DNA of 64,000 nucleotides. It comes from Styela clava (lineage: Eukaryota). The DNA lies in NCBI RefSeq assembly GCF_964204865.1, contig NC_135250.1, positions 10,292,001-10,356,000 on the forward strand, in the 5' to 3' direction. A program made the position numbers and the translations under genes. The notes under the pieces were generated by a model. The model ran no database searches. It saw nothing but the letters and a program-made list of their open reading frames with translations, and was not told the DNA's origin. Every line of letters starts with the position of its first letter. Within the stretch, counting starts at the first letter, position 1. Below, in pieces: positions 40,623 to 54,743 of the stretch.

Positions 40623-41821
40623 AGTCTGCTGCCCCTCGTCAAATGATTTGAAGATATAGATGCAAGTAGGCTGAAGACTCAATTAGGATAAAACTAGCAG
40701 TGTTGTAAACAGATAACAGGACAATTACTAATACAACTTATAGTAAAGTTTGAGCAAACAGTCTAAAAAATTAAATCATATGTACAAAATGGTAATACCG
40801 TATTTTCCAAGCAACCTTCAAAAAAGGTTTGGCCAGCAAAATTTGTCCTCTACATTTACCGTTACAAGTCACTCATACCAGCCTAGTGAGCAAATTTGCT
40901 ATTTGCCCAATAGGCATGTTTGCTCACTGAATATTTGAATCTATATTTAGAGCGCAAAAAAAACGATATAACGATTTTACAGATTTTTCATTCAAGATTT
41001 ATATTGTTTACCCCATGCTCCAAAGCAATCGTATTATAATATTGGCGATTCGAATCTTTCCCTCGACAAGAATCAGTAAATTATAATTCAGTACTGGTTT
41101 ATATGATATATAATTATATACCAAAGTAACCCGTTTAATTTTGTCTTTCAAATGTGTAGGCTCCTGAACGAAAGAGCTTTGCTGAGAACTCTGAACCTAG
41201 GCATAATAGGATAACAATTCTGTATTTGTATACTTATCAAGACTATAGCAAATTATTCCTTTGGCCCATTACATTTTTTACCATTCTCGAAACATTTTTC
41301 TAACGTTACTAGTTAGACAACCATAACGTTATGCTGTTGTCAAGTATTGTATTGGCCACCACAGTGCCGAAAAACTCGTTACTGATTTTCAGTAAGACAT
41401 GCCTCTATTTAATATACATATATAACCATCTCTTAGACAAATATTGGTGTGAGGTATACCCATAGGAAACGGCTGAGATGTATGTCATCAGTAAACGTAA
41501 CGACGAAAAAAGAGAATACACAACGATGGCGACCTCGACCCGAGGCTGTTATGCACATAAAGAAACGGGGTTAGTATAGCGAGCTTATTCTCGTTAATAT
41601 TTTACAAAGGTGAGTCGAGGGTTTCGACTAGAATATCAACTACTTTCGCTAATAATGACGACTTGATTTCCAAATAAAATTGTTCTAAAATTAGGACTAT
41701 ATCGCTGTACGATGTTAAGTGATCTGCTTTCTCAGTAACAACAAATTACTCACAGTCATCGACATCCTCTGATATGGTCTCCGAATTCAGTTTCCATTCC
41801 TGGTGATGTAATGTGCTTATA

Positions 41822-42911
41822 CCGTGTTTTCCCGAAAATAAGACAGGGTCTTACTTCAATTTTCTTCCGAAAAATATCACTAGGGCTTATTTTCGGGGAT
41901 ATCTTATATTTTCATTTATTAAAACAAAATTACAAAGTAGAGAATCACGAGATTTTTAAATATATATATATATACAAAACAATGAAACCGATATCCATTA
42001 ATCTATAAATAACACGTTTTTATTCAACATAACTGCAAAACATAAATTATCAATCATTTAAAACGTGTACGAGAGATTTCTTGCTGTCGACTAGGTCACG
42101 GTGGTTAAAACCCAGGCCCGCGGGCCGCATGGCCATTATCTGTGACCCGCGTCGCTTTTGCTGCAGGGTAATCGAAAATCGCATGTGGTGTTGTTTTGTC
42201 ATAAAAATAACCAGAAAATCTTGTTACATCACTAATGTCACTGAATCGATTAGTGTCACGGCTAGCTGAAGCAACTAGCGAAGTTGAATAGTGTCCAAAT
42301 TGTTCACTGGCTTTCTATATTTTTGGTTGAGAATATATTTCAACAGTTATTATAACTAAATTTTAATGTTATGGCCTGAGAATATAACTCTTTCCTGTGA
42401 TGTTTTGCAACCAGCCTAAACAGTATTACAAAAATGCTTCTAATATGTTAGAAAATTTGGTAATTACTCTTCTGTACCTTACATTCGGTAAAATATGTTA
42501 ATCAATCATTCAGCAGTTATGGCAAACATAGTCTAAAACGCCATTTTGCTATCATGTGAGCAAATTTTCAAATTTTACTTTGAGAACCCCATCGATATTC
42601 AAGAGCACTTACATTTGCGGGAGCACTTTCTCCGTTGTGAAGAGTTCGAAATCTTACATTATATGTAGATAAATGTTTCAATGATTTTTCTGGCGTATTT
42701 TGCATGTTTTAGCTTGATAAATGACACACAATGATCAATTGTTTGCACAATAAAAGTGTTTGTTTTGTATTGTCCTATTTACCTATTTCTGACACTATTG
42801 TGGCCCGCGAACAATGCAAAAAAAAATTTGTGGCCCGCGAAGGCAACAACCTTGGACCACCCTGAACTAGGTCTTATTTTAAGAGGAGGGCTTATTTTTG
42901 GGGAAACACGT
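41822..42911. mobile_element. TA-flanked Tc2/pogo-like MITE interrupted by a nested hAT MITE
   Basis: TIRs CCGTGTTTTCCCGAAAATAAG / ACGTGTTTCCCCAAAAATAAG; TA at 41820-41821 and 42912-42913; repeated GG(G/T)CTTATTTT motifs near both ends. Confidence 0.8.
42097..42864. mobile_element. hAT MITE nested in the Tc2/pogo-like element
   Basis: Degenerate TIRs CACGGTGGTT / CAGGGTGGTC; TSD GACTAGGT/AACTAGGT; GGCCCGCG subterminal motifs at both ends. Confidence 0.78.
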
Positions 42912-44316
42912 TAGACTCTTTCAAATCGTTTTTGCATTATAGACTAAATAGAGTAGTGGTTACAGTTTTGTCATTTGGTGGGGCGAAGACTTTTAAGGCG
43001 GTTAGACAATTTTTAGCGAAAAATGTTATTTACCTATAAATACATTACAAAAGTATATATGTAAATTTCAGTAGCAAGGAATTCTGGGCCCCTTGTCGTG
43101 GTTTGCACATAGTATAAAGGCATCATAGTACCTATAATAGCTTTAATTAAAGAAGTATATAAAAATTGGTAAGAATCACAAACTTTTATTTCAATATACA
43201 AATGAATCTCGTGTACCTTCCACCCAGTCGGGGAATGAAACTTCTTTTGCACTTTCTTTTTTTTTTAACTCCGATGTCAATAATATGTATGATTTATTAG
43301 TCACCTATAGATAGACCAACTGAAACTATTTCTAAAAATACTTTTTAGCAAAAAACAATACTCTTTTATTTTACCATCAAGAGCTTTTCATGAGTTCTTG
43401 TGGTTAGATATAAGATGAAGCCTATAGTCGTGCAGTAACTAGACCACATTTCCCGCTTTGAGGACATAATGAGCATATATGGCGCGCCGTTATGGCATAC
43501 AGAAATTTCGTTTCGATTTTATGTCAACGTGCTACAGTTGGCGTTGTCCTTTGCTAACCAAACCCACAATATGGCCAGACATACACAGGCCTAGTACTCC
43601 TTACTCCCTTTTTGATTGTATATTGAATTAGTGCGTTATTTGGCACCCTCGTGGAAACGTGTTTAAGGCAAAACTAGGTATTTAACAAAAAAGCAGGGGC
43701 CACAGGCGTTGAGAGTTTTGGAAAGGAGAGCATGGATAATGGGAGTTTGAGAATTATTGTACAAGATCATCCATTTCACTAATTGCTTAACTTCAATGAA
43801 AAAAGTAACTTGCTTTGGTCTAAGAAATAATGAACTTCAATAAAAGTCACAACACTGTTACTGTTTCTATATCTGATCTTAATTACAGTTTTATTTGCTT
43901 TATGAGCATAAATAGGTACAGATATTTTTATTGAAATTTCTGGGAATTCCGTATGTCAGAAGTAGGATTGTGGTTTGTGTAAGGTGGCAATTTTCACACA
44001 AGATCGCAGCGACGCGTCCGTTAGTGGTTCATAATTGTCTTGCGGTTAAACTATCCGAAAAATACATTCAAAATTAGATTTTTAACGCGTGGGTTCTGCG
44101 ACACTGTAACCTACAAAGGTTAATTATATATATATATCCAAGTTTTAAGCATCGCGCAATACGATTTTGTCACAATGTGTGTTATGGGTTCATTTGCAAA
44201 GATTACAAATATGTTTGGAAGCAATAATCTACAATTGCTGGTGGCGTTTCTACTATTTACGACAAGTTATGTAACAGGTAGGTAAGTCTACGAGTGTACT
44301 GTTCTATCTCACTATG

Positions 44317-44611
44317 CAGGGCTACTCAACTGGCGGTCCGAATCCAGACCTTTCGATTATTTGATTCGTACCGCACCTAATTCTTTATTTTCGATTATTA
44401 GCCCAATTTTGAAGTTTCCTTCTATAGTTTTGAGTAATATGAAAAGAACTATAACACCATAATAAACAATCTTGATTATCTAATAATCATTATCCGGCCG
44501 AGGAAGCGCGCGTTTCAGGATGCCGAAATATAATTCCTGGAAAGACCGGACCCAAATAATTTTGAAGTTTTTTATGCGGGGATTTTTGGTGGAAATAGTT
44601 GAGTAGCCTTG
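44317..44611. mobile_element. hAT-type MITE
   Basis: TIRs CAGGGCTACTCAACT / CAAGGCTACTCAACT; TSD degenerate. Confidence 0.75.
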
Positions 44612-45348
44612 CGCTATAGTATAAAATGTTTAGTTTGCCTTGAATTGAAACTATTGCTGCATAGTGAGTCACATGTATTTTAATTTCTTATCTCTGTAGT
44701 AATTAGTGCTCATTGTCAGGTAAGGTGAGTATGTAGTTAACACTTTTATTTGGTTATCAGGATGTCATACAAAAACGAAAGACAGCAAGGGAAAGGAGCC
44801 ACACGAGAATTGGGACAAAACTAAAGGAAAATTTACAACTAAAACAGCACACAACTTACAAAAAGTTAAATTGTCATATATGTCAGCGAAATCAAAAACA
44901 ATAAAATTAGATTTTTGTATGGAAGATGCTGTAAGTATTCAATCCCAACGATCTAATATTCTAGTTGTTATGATAATTGTAACTTAAATGTGAGCTTTAT
45001 CCAACAAATTTGAATTTGTGCGGTAACAATTGGGCCAAATGTAGAATACCAATGTTCATAGTAGCATAATAGACTCGAAAAACATAAATTTCTGTCATAA
45101 TAAAAAAATTTCTGTTTAAAAACATCACATTTTGTAGTTTTGTCTTGTGCGATTATGCAAGGAATGTACTACTATTTGCGAGGCATAAATAAATTAACAT
45201 AGATACAAATCGTTGTATATTGGCCAATCATTATATCTGGTCTTGTATGTTTTTTTTTGTGTTATATATATATATATATATATTACCCGCGCACTCTCAC
45301 TCAGCTGACATACCAGTTGATGTGTAGTAAACTTATGAGTAAAATTTT

Positions 45349-45459
45349 GGGACTTCCTGAAGTATGTGCACCAAGATGGCGCACAACCTGAACATGGTAT
45401 GTGTAACAGGTTAGGGTTCAGGTTATGCGACATCTTGGTGCACATTTTATGGGAGTACC
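45349..45459. mobile_element. Short fold-back (palindromic) MITE-like element
   Basis: Arms of about 45 bp: GGGACTTCCTGAAGTATGTGCACCAAGATGGCGCACAACCTGAAC versus the reverse complement GGTACTCCCATAAAATGTGCACCAAGATGTCGCATAACCTGAAC, around a spacer of about 22 nt. Confidence 0.7.
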
Positions 45460-47042
45460 ATTCTCGGATGACGTAATGTACAATATACAAATCAATTCTG
45501 AAAAACACCCATTACATCATTCGATTTGAAATCAATCATGAAATTCACCATTAAATTTGCGGTTATTTAGAATTATGGTTACATTAAAAAACTTTAAATT
45601 GATACGAACCTGTGTAATTATCTTTTTATTAAATCGTTTTGATTAAATTTTGTTTCGCTTTTTGTAATAATATATACTTAGGACTGGTATTTAATTATTA
45701 ATTTAAATTGAACAAAGTGGGAGGCGCAAAGGCGGTAACCGCCTTTGGAAACATATGTAGTAATTTAGTGAGCAGTTGCTTGATCCATCACGTAGGCCTA
45801 CGTGAAGAAATACGTTATATATATATACTGGATTTTATTGCTGTGCACGGAGTCTAATTAAACAACCATAAACGGATAAGAGGATTCGGAAGCATCCACA
45901 ATGCGACCTTTCTTGTTTGTTTTTATCTAAAAACAACTTAGATTTATTTTTTCTTTCGTTACCATAAGGTTAAAAAAGAACAATGGCTCAAAAAATATTT
46001 GATGAAAAGGAAAGAGTTTATGAAATTAATGGCAAAAGGTGGAGATTTGCACTACACCAAATTTTTATCGGTGGTTTCAAGAACTTGGGAATGCAGGAAG
46101 TATCGATCATCATGCAGTAGATTCAAGGTATATTGTCAGTACCATAGTCGGCTAGCGTTACTGTGTGTTAAAAGACAACCGTTCATGGGAAAAAAGGTTC
46201 CAATTTACTCAATTAAAAATGTATAACATATAATATTGTTGACGTAGAATGATAATGTCGCCAACGCCGTATTCACGTTTTAACAATAGGCTACTCTGAG
46301 ACATTATAATCCTCGACCGCTCAAAAGCGAATTAAAAATTAGAACCTTGGATTGTCAACGCTTGATCATCAGCTTTGGTTACACGCGTCTTCCCTTCCCC
46401 AGTAAAACTGTACTCTTATTTTCTTCGTATTTTGCAAGCAAATTTTTACTAGTTCAAAAAAAAAACTTGACCATACCTACCTTATTCAAATTTATTCGTC
46501 CATATTTGGCCGATTTCAGTCCCAACTTGGGCGTTTAATTTGGGCAATTGAAGCCATAAGAAATATGTAACAACGTTACCCACTAACATTCTTTTTGTAG
46601 AAATGCATTTATCAGAACAACAAAGGAAAAAGAAATAAATAAGCAAGAAGACTTCAAAACATTGCATTTAATGTTATAATTTGAATAACTTTGCGGCGAT
46701 CGTTGCTAATATGGCGGCGTGAAGAATCGGAGACAATGCAGCTTCAAGATGCTATTTTATAGAAACGCTGATTACTTTTTCGGTTTTATACATACTACTT
46801 TTTCAATACAATGCCATTGCAGTATTGTACCCTATTTGAAAATTTATAATCGTATGTGACCGCTCTTTAACTTGCTTCAAAGAACAGCGTACTCGCGGGA
46901 ATGCCTGGTCGAAGGAGGTCGTAGTTTCTACACCTCGTGGCTCAAAAAAAACAGGTTAAAATGCGAATTTATACTCGAGAATGTGAAGTGGGTCACTTTT
47001 CTATCCATATGCGTGCTTTAAAATTATTTGAAACAAAATATG

Positions 47043-47222
47043 ATGCATGATGGGAAGTAGAGCCTTCTTAAGAAGTTGTTGAATAGCGCAAATCTATAGC
47101 GAAGGAATAGAAATTTCCTGGTGTATTGTAATCAGTATTGTAGAATGCATGATGGGAAATATAACGTTTTTGTAAAGTTGTTGAACAGTGCAAATCTATA
47201 TTTAAGGGATTGAAATTCCCTA
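47043..47222. repeat. Diverged tandem duplication (period about 100 bp)
   Basis: atgcatgatgggaa..aagttgttgaa.ag.gcaaatctata..aagg.at.gaaatt.cct occurs twice. Confidence 0.75.
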
Positions 47223-47296
47223 GAACAACATATAGCGCGAGATGAGAAAATTAACTGAAGGTAGCTCATCAATTGTAAAATCAGGTTTACAATGTT

Positions 47297-47514
47297 CAGG
47301 GTGTCCAAAAAGTTCCGCCCGATTTCATAGCATTACCAATTGCATTTTTGAATAAATTTTGTTGTATGACTATGATAAATGGGGACTACAACATTCAACA
47401 TCTATAACATCCAATTAGAAACAGGTCGACTATAAATCTTTTTTAAAATTAAAAAAAAAATAACATTTGATTATAAAGACTTTATAATCGGGCGAAAACT
47501 TTTTGGACACCGTT
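47297..47514. mobile_element. Tc1/mariner-like MITE
   Basis: TIR cores GGTGTCCAAAAAGTTCCGCCCGATT / GGTGTCCAAAAAGTTTTCGCCCGATT; a CAGGGTGTCC terminus is typical of Tc1/mariner elements; exact ends are decayed. Confidence 0.72.
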
Positions 47515-48041
47515 ATATCTCTACATTTGCTGAATGATATACGAACGGAACGCCCGCCCTATCCAAAAACTCCTCATAAAAAACAAAAATAAATCACAAC
47601 TTATACATTATAGAGTGTATTGTTGGCATTGGGGCCACTGCAAAGTTTTCTTTCCAAAGGAGAAAAAACAATACGTTCATTAAATCTTAGAGTATCAAAG
47701 AAGAAATCACATTGTTAAAACTTGACTGGAAGTAGTCAATTAAGCCATGGCCATGTACCATGGCCCATGGTACAATATTAAATTTTTATGCGAAGACTTG
47801 AAAACTTTTACGTATATTGATATCCACTGGTTATTGTGTATCGTGTTTGTGAACATGAAATGTAAAATTTAAATTAATTTGGATCTACATTAATCATGGG
47901 CCATCTATAAACATGCTTGACAATGACCCAATTTCTGTGTAGCCATTTCTTGGGAATTGGGTTTTATAGTTTGGCAATATTTTTATGGTAAAATAACTTA
48001 AATATAGTATGATTAATAAAATTCTAAGTTGTCGGGCACAG

Positions 48042-51000
48042 TTACATGTTTGGGAGATTGAGTACTTTTTCAAAGTTGTTAGTGGAGCGCATGGGGATAG
48101 GAACATCCGTTTTGTAAACGTCGCTACCGAGTTGATCCATGTCTGGTTCCGTAGAAGCAAGCGCTAAAGCAGTTTCCTCTTCAACGTGTTGTTTGATCTC
48201 TTTATCAATTGTCTGTACACATAACAAAATTAAAATTTAACACACAGCAGGTAAACTTTGAAGCCATCTGGAATTATGGCAGCAATGGTGAACTAACAGC
48301 TTGGCGGTGTGGCGCATCGTGCCAAGCGTTAGGAATACGCTCGCCTCCACACCTCTGATTACCTTGCGCGGGATCGATTCCTTTGCAAGGATAGTTATGT
48401 GCAAGAGGATTGCCATCTAGTCCATGCTTCCAAAAACAAATAACTGGCTAACTAATCCCATACCCGACTGGAAACCGGACGAGAAGCCGTGGTTCGTCAT
48501 ATGATTAAGCCCTCTTATCGACTTTCCTCTGCCCGGGATAAATATTAAAATCCTATCATATCCTACATTGAACTCTAAATAACGAACAGGCAGTGCGAGA
48601 TATTTATGTTAATATGCTAGCTAGATTGGGCTGAAAAGAATTGGTGGAATTCAGGAGAATAGGTAGCGTTCAAAAGAGAAACCTTAACAACTAAATAAAG
48701 CAGGGAAAATCATTCCAGAAAACTCACTTTAATTTCGTCCATGGTAACTAATTCAGCTTTGATCATTTTTTCTCTGAAACTTGTGATTGGATCAAGTTTA
48801 CTTCGAACTTCTTTTACTTCATCTCTTGTTCGATAACTAAAATCAAGTGTATTCCTTGATTATATAATCATATAATTAAATGCATTTTGCACCAAAAATA
48901 CCCAAAGTAACTAGATTTGATATTTTGCAATTTATACATTAAGCACTATACACAGGGCTTACGCCAATATTATCAGTGGCAACTTTAAAAATTCTTGAAA
49001 TTTGGGTAAATGGGATATACGAGAAAAAACTGTTACAATTTTGCAGTTGAGTGAATATACTTCTGTTACTGTACTCCTAGATCATCGGCTATGGAGACAT
49101 TGGCGACATCCATCACCACTAATCTATATCTTCAACCAAAGTGCCATAGTTTTATTCACATACCTCGTTCCTGGGTCACTCATACTGTGTCCGTGATATC
49201 TGTATGTTGCCAGTTCCATTAATATAGGACCCTGTGAACCCAAGAGATAAAAATCAATAAACCAGTAAACAGCTGAATGCACCCATGACATTACATAGAC
49301 CAGTGTTTTCCAACCAACCTTTGGGTCGCAACCCAAAACTGGGTCACTTTAAAAATTTTCTTGGGTCGCTTGTTTTATCAACATAATTAAAGTCACTGAT
49401 TTCATTTTTTGGTAAATTTCAATTGTTTATTCTATATTTACATTGAAGTGTTGTTCAATAGTGATTGTATATGTGGCAAGCATTAAAAAGTAAGAACATG
49501 ACAACATCTATTTTAAGTATGGCCATGCCACAATTTCGATAACTCGCTTGTGCCAAACAATCACAGCGTTTTCAGTAAAAAGGAATGTTCATATCAGTAA
49601 TTTAATTGTGCGAATATATGAAAGGTTGCAAAAATTACTTTTCAAAAAATTTGGGTCGCTTGAAATAAAAGGTTGGAAACCACTGACATAGACTATAGTA
49701 CACACACACAACAAACCAACCACCTCAGAATGTAATTTTGTGTTTAATCCACAAAAAAATCGACTTAGATTAGATTCCCACAGTCTATTATTCATAACCA
49801 GTAATGGTTATGCTCTGTTGTGTAATAAAATCATTTACAATATTATAATGTCCCAATATACTTGCATATCCATATTAATATATTGGCATAGGTCTAAGAT
49901 AGAATACTTGAAACCCCCAAAGTACATACGTTTTCGACTGCGTATTCTCTGGCAAATTTAGTTGCTTCTCTGACTGCTAAAATATCCATTCCATCCACCT
50001 TAATACCAGGCACGTAATCTCCTCTTGTGTAGTATTCGGTACTTGCGCTTGCTCTCTCCACAGCCGTTCCCATCCCGTACCTACATTAAACAAAGTATAA
50101 GTGGAAAGTAGTTGGAAAAACCATATTGAGAAATTCAGAATAATGAATATTATATGAATTTTTACATGATAGCCAAGCTTTTATTCACAGTTTTTGAGTA
50201 TGGTCGAACAACTGCTTGCATAGGCAAGGAAAGGTAGATAGGCTAGTGTTTCAAGTGACCCAACTGATAATAACTAGTTGAGCTTGAGAACTTTGCATTA
50301 TATATAGATCAGTAATCACTGTTCCACTTTTAAAAATACCATATTATAAGAACACCATTATTTGAATATGATAGTTTGCAGGTATAAAATTATCAGTTAA
50401 ATCTCCATACATACTTGTTATTTTCACAGACATATATTACAGGGAGATTCCATAATTTTGACATATTGAAAGCTTCAAACACTTGACCCTAAAATAAATA
50501 AAAAACATTGCCTAAACATAATCAACTAAGGCAGGGGTTCTCAACCTTTTTTCTGTTAAGTACCCCCCGAGTCACGAAACAATCAACGCGAACCCCCGGT
50601 AATCAGACACTGAACAAAATTGTGATATATTGAATAACAATTTGTTGCAACACCAATTCATTGACCATATCTAACTAAATTAAATCATCTTGCTGATATT
50701 ATTGCCCTTATCGTTTGCCTAACTAATGAATTCTTAAAATCTCTCCCAAGTTTCAATAAGCATGATAACTTCTCCAATGCTCGCAGCATGCTGTCTTTAG
50801 AGATTTCACAGTTTGTACCTAAAGCCTTGAATTTCACATTGTTGTGTCACAATCACAACAACGCAAGATCAGGGAAAATCTACGTTTCAATTGACGTCTA
50901 GTTTCAATGGGCATTTTCCTCTAGTAGTAATGAAGGGTACTAAAAAAATAGCAACATACAAAAGCTCGACTGTCATTCAAGTACCCCCGAAAATCTTCTC

Positions 51001-54000
51001 GTGAACCCCTGGAGGTTCGCGAACCCCAGGTTGAGAACCCCTGAACTAAGGTAAACAAACTGTGCATTAATATAAGAAGTAACTAGAAAATAAAAGTAAA
51101 AATTATGAAGATCTGATACAAATAGCTGAAAATAGAATTACATTTACTACTACTACAATCTGCTATACCTATATATCATTAATCTTGTACAGTTGACTAA
51201 AGGCCAGCTGGGCCTGCTATCTGATCTACATACCAATTAACCAGGATGATTATTTCACAAAGTTTGAATGCATTTTCCAGAGTGACCCAACAAAAACAAA
51301 ACACATAAACTTCTTAATTACTTCTACGACAATTGAAAAAATTTATTTACCTACTCAAACTGCTGTTTGTGTAGGATTGTATCCAAAAGTTACAGTATTC
51401 TAGGACGCTTTACACAAAAGTTCTATCTAGATTAGAATATGTTCCAATTGACCCGAGTTTTGTTTTTGGATCATCCTGCTCATTTCAACCTTATTTACTC
51501 ATGTAATAAAAGCATCATTTACCCACCTGATTGGCTGCACCATCACCATAACATGTTACACAAATCCCACCATCTTCTTTATATTTGTGAGCAAGTGCAA
51601 TACCAGCACCAAGAGGTACCTAAAACATTTTAATCAATTTGTTAGAGTTTGAATACTCTCAATTAAAGTAAAATGTCTTTTCTTACCTGTGCACCGACAA
51701 TTCCATTTCCGCCATAAAAGTTATAGTTATACATGTGCATAGATCCACCTTTTCCCTTCGCACAACCATGTCTTCTCCCTATAAAAATTATCGAAAATTA
51801 AAATAACCAGAAGTCCAGAAATGGAAATATTTAACTATAACGATAGATTTTAATCCATCAGTTCATGTATTCAGTTGCAACTCTTTTATTATTATTCACA
51901 TCACTTCCAAGTAACACCTTGAAGAATATAGAAACAGAATATATCCATACCGAATAGTTCAGCAAGGACTTGAGATACTGAGATTCCTCGAACATGCACC
52001 CAGCCATGAGCACGATAGGCTGTTATAACGTCATCGGTTGGCTTTATTGCGCTTTCAATTCCAACACAGCATGCTTCCTGGATAAATAGGGAACAAATTT
52101 TTACAGGTCAAAGGAATGAACCCACTACTACCGTATGTGAAAACAAATATGCCATCCATAGCAAGGAAATGTCTATTAGGAGGACAGCAATGGTCAAGCA
52201 ATTAAAGAATGAGAAAAGTGCTTCGATATCGCACATTGCACAGCTCGGGTCAGGTTCAAATCCCACACCAGGGTGTAAGAAATTGGGTAGGCAATGCCGA
52301 AACGAAAAAATTCAGTTCGTTCAAATAATAGAAGCTCCTTACAAATCAGTGACTGCTTGTATAAGGCCTTGTTTGGAGTGAAAGACATAAACAAGTGTCG
52401 TATAAAAAAGAACACCAATTCAGTCTAGATGCGTGAGTGATAATCACTTGAATATTTTCTGTAAGATCCACCAGAAATACCCCCGCATGATGATGAATCC
52501 ATTGTTCCTCGTAAACCACTAAACCATTGGAACTTCATTTTTAAAAGCTGTATTGGCTTTAAATTGGAAGTTTTACACACAATTCAAATTTTACTGCTCT
52601 GGTCTTACTAATTTATTAGATTAGTCTTTTTTATCTATTTCAAAGACTTGCAAAAAACTCTTTTGAATCTAAAAGTAAGTCTCTCTCTGGTGGTAAGCCA
52701 AGTTCGAGTTGAGGAGTTGACTCAAAATCCAATTCAAGTTACTGACACGAATCTGAGTACAATGAACTTCTCAGATCTACAACAATATTATATTATATGT
52801 CTTAGTGCCTGATATAATGTTTGATACCTGGCCATCATATAAATGACAGAATCCACGAATGACTTTTTGCTTATACAATTGATCAGCTTTAAGTTCCATG
52901 CGCCGTATAGTTTGCATTTGTCTGAATTAAAAAAATAGAGAGTTTAATGAAAAGAAGAAAAAAATTTGCTTATTAATTCAACAGTAATGAAAATGTTAAA
53001 ACATTATCAAAAACCAAATTCATAAAATCCTAATAAGTCTACCATACAACAAATAAGCATTGTGTGAAGTTTCAAGAGAGGCCATATTTTTGTGTGTCAC
53101 AAGAAATACGGTAGTTCAAATTAAGAAGAGGTGAGATAGGATTCAAATATTTATCCAGACGAGGGGGGAAAGTCGATAAGATGGCCTAATCACATGGCAA
53201 ACCCTGGTCTCTGGTGCAATTACCAGTCCATGACAGGTGTGGGATTAGCCAGTATTTTGTTTTCCGATGCATGAACTTAATGGTACAGGAAGCCTTTATA
53301 ATTTTTCTTTGAATACATTTATAAATGTTTTATCATTAATGTACATTTAACTCTCTACTAACTTATAATATTTCAAGGCATCATCCCTAGTGATATGTGC
53401 TTCTGTGGAAGGACCAGTCTCAAGTTTGTGTAGGTCGAATGGTTTGACTGATAAGGTTGCTTCACTTGCATAGCGGTGAGAACAGCAAAATATTCCTTGC
53501 TGGAAATATAAATATATTTCTTTTGAACCCACCAGTCATCAAATAAATTCCCTAAGCTCTGGATCGAGTTGTAAGTGCAATGGTAACCAACATAGTGTAC
53601 ACAAATTTATAAATATTTAGACCTGTTTTTACAAAAACAATTCCTATGCTGCACCTGACTTCAGACTGACTTATAGGCTACAAACAGACAATGGCTGTAT
53701 AGCAGAGATTCTCAAACTTTCTGAAGGCTTTCAGCACTTATGGCTCTTTGTTTATCATTCCAGTGGTATTTATAGTGTTAATTTAGCTGGTAGATTTTAA
53801 AGATTTTAGAGTTTTCTTGTCAAGTGAAAAGTTTTTCGCCTAGCATTGTTGCCACCCCGCAGGCACCCCGCCCTAAAGCCATAGTTGAGAGTCAAAACCA
53901 GACATCGAAATATCAAGTTAAGTCGGGAGTCTCCACAAATTCTAAAATACGAGTCCCAAACAGAATCGAACCAGTAAACTGCGTAGCTACAAATTTGATT

Positions 54001-54743
54001 AGAGTCGCTTATGTTCTTATCCACAAGTCAAGTCTAAAATTTCATTATGAACAGTACTGCAGTAAGCTGATAAATACGAGTCATATCGATATTATGAGTT
54101 ACATCTCACGTTAAACCAACATCAAATAGAAAGTCACACTAAGGTTTAATCGTGTATTGACAACATTCAATTTCGCATCATGATGGCATATTTTAAATTA
54201 TTGCTCATCAAGTAAATTTTCGATGTTTGAATACAAGTTTAATCTAGTTCTGCAGTAATTCTAGTTCTGGTAATTTGCACAGAAATTTTTTTGTTATTTT
54301 AAAGACTTGCACTAAATTATCTTCGAACCACAACTTTTTCGTTAAAATGACTCGATGTTTGCAAAAAAATGAGTGAGTAACAAAGTATATTGTGACAATG
54401 AGTATATGTTTAGTAACTATATTTTTATTTCTGTGATTTATAAACAATAAAACAGGTTATCAAATAATCTAATGTTATAAAAAATAATGATTACCGAATC
54501 GAGATGGGAAACAAATAAGGCTGTACTGCAGTAAGGTCCCAAATATACCTACAACAGTAGTCTACAGTTCGAAATTGACCTAACCAAATCTGCAAATTTA
54601 CAACTAGGCCTACAAGAAATAAGAAATGGCTACATGCAGACATGAGTCACGGAACTATGGGTTTCCTAAGTTTACACCAACGACTAACATACCTGTATCT
54701 TTCCGAGCTTTAGTAGCGCATTGTAACCTTTATGGAGAGCCAT
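48042..54743 (-). CDS. PDHA1: Pyruvate dehydrogenase E1 component subunit alpha, mitochondrial (388 aa)
   Basis: 11 exons: 54743-54693, 53499-53363, 52921-52828, 52077-51951, 51778-51687, 51619-51527, 50488-50415, 50080-49930, 49231-49164, 48836-48728, 48212-48042 (1167 nt, in frame). Motifs [36 protein letters not shown]-binding [19 protein letters not shown], phosphorylation loop [14 protein letters not shown]. Confidence 0.97.
48298..48565 (+). mobile_element. tRNA-derived SINE in the last PDHA1 intron
   Basis: Pol III A-box-like TGGCGCATCGTG (48310-48321), B-box-like GGATCGATTCC (48371-48381), and a 3' end CTTATCGACTTTCCTCT..GATAAATAT..(ATCCT)n that recurs elsewhere in the window. Confidence 0.72.
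49301..49685. mobile_element. hAT-type MITE in a PDHA1 intron
   Basis: TIRs CAGTGTTTTCCAACC / CAGTGGTTTCCAACC; perfect TSD ACATAGAC; TTGGGTCGC subterminal repeats. Confidence 0.9.
50532..51043. mobile_element. hAT-type MITE in a PDHA1 intron
   Basis: Perfect 16-bp TIR CAGGGGTTCTCAACCT; perfect TSD AACTAAGG (50524-50531 and 51044-51051). Confidence 0.93.
53135..53290 (-). mobile_element. 5'-truncated copy of the same SINE
   Basis: Reverse complement of the 48298-48565 3' half (gatagg..aatatttatcc..gaaagtcgataag..gggattagccagt..ttttg). Confidence 0.7.

Noticed and set aside
48298-48390. Possible tRNA gene
   Set aside because: No cloverleaf or anticodon arm, and it continues into a dispersed repeat body, so it is a SINE head.
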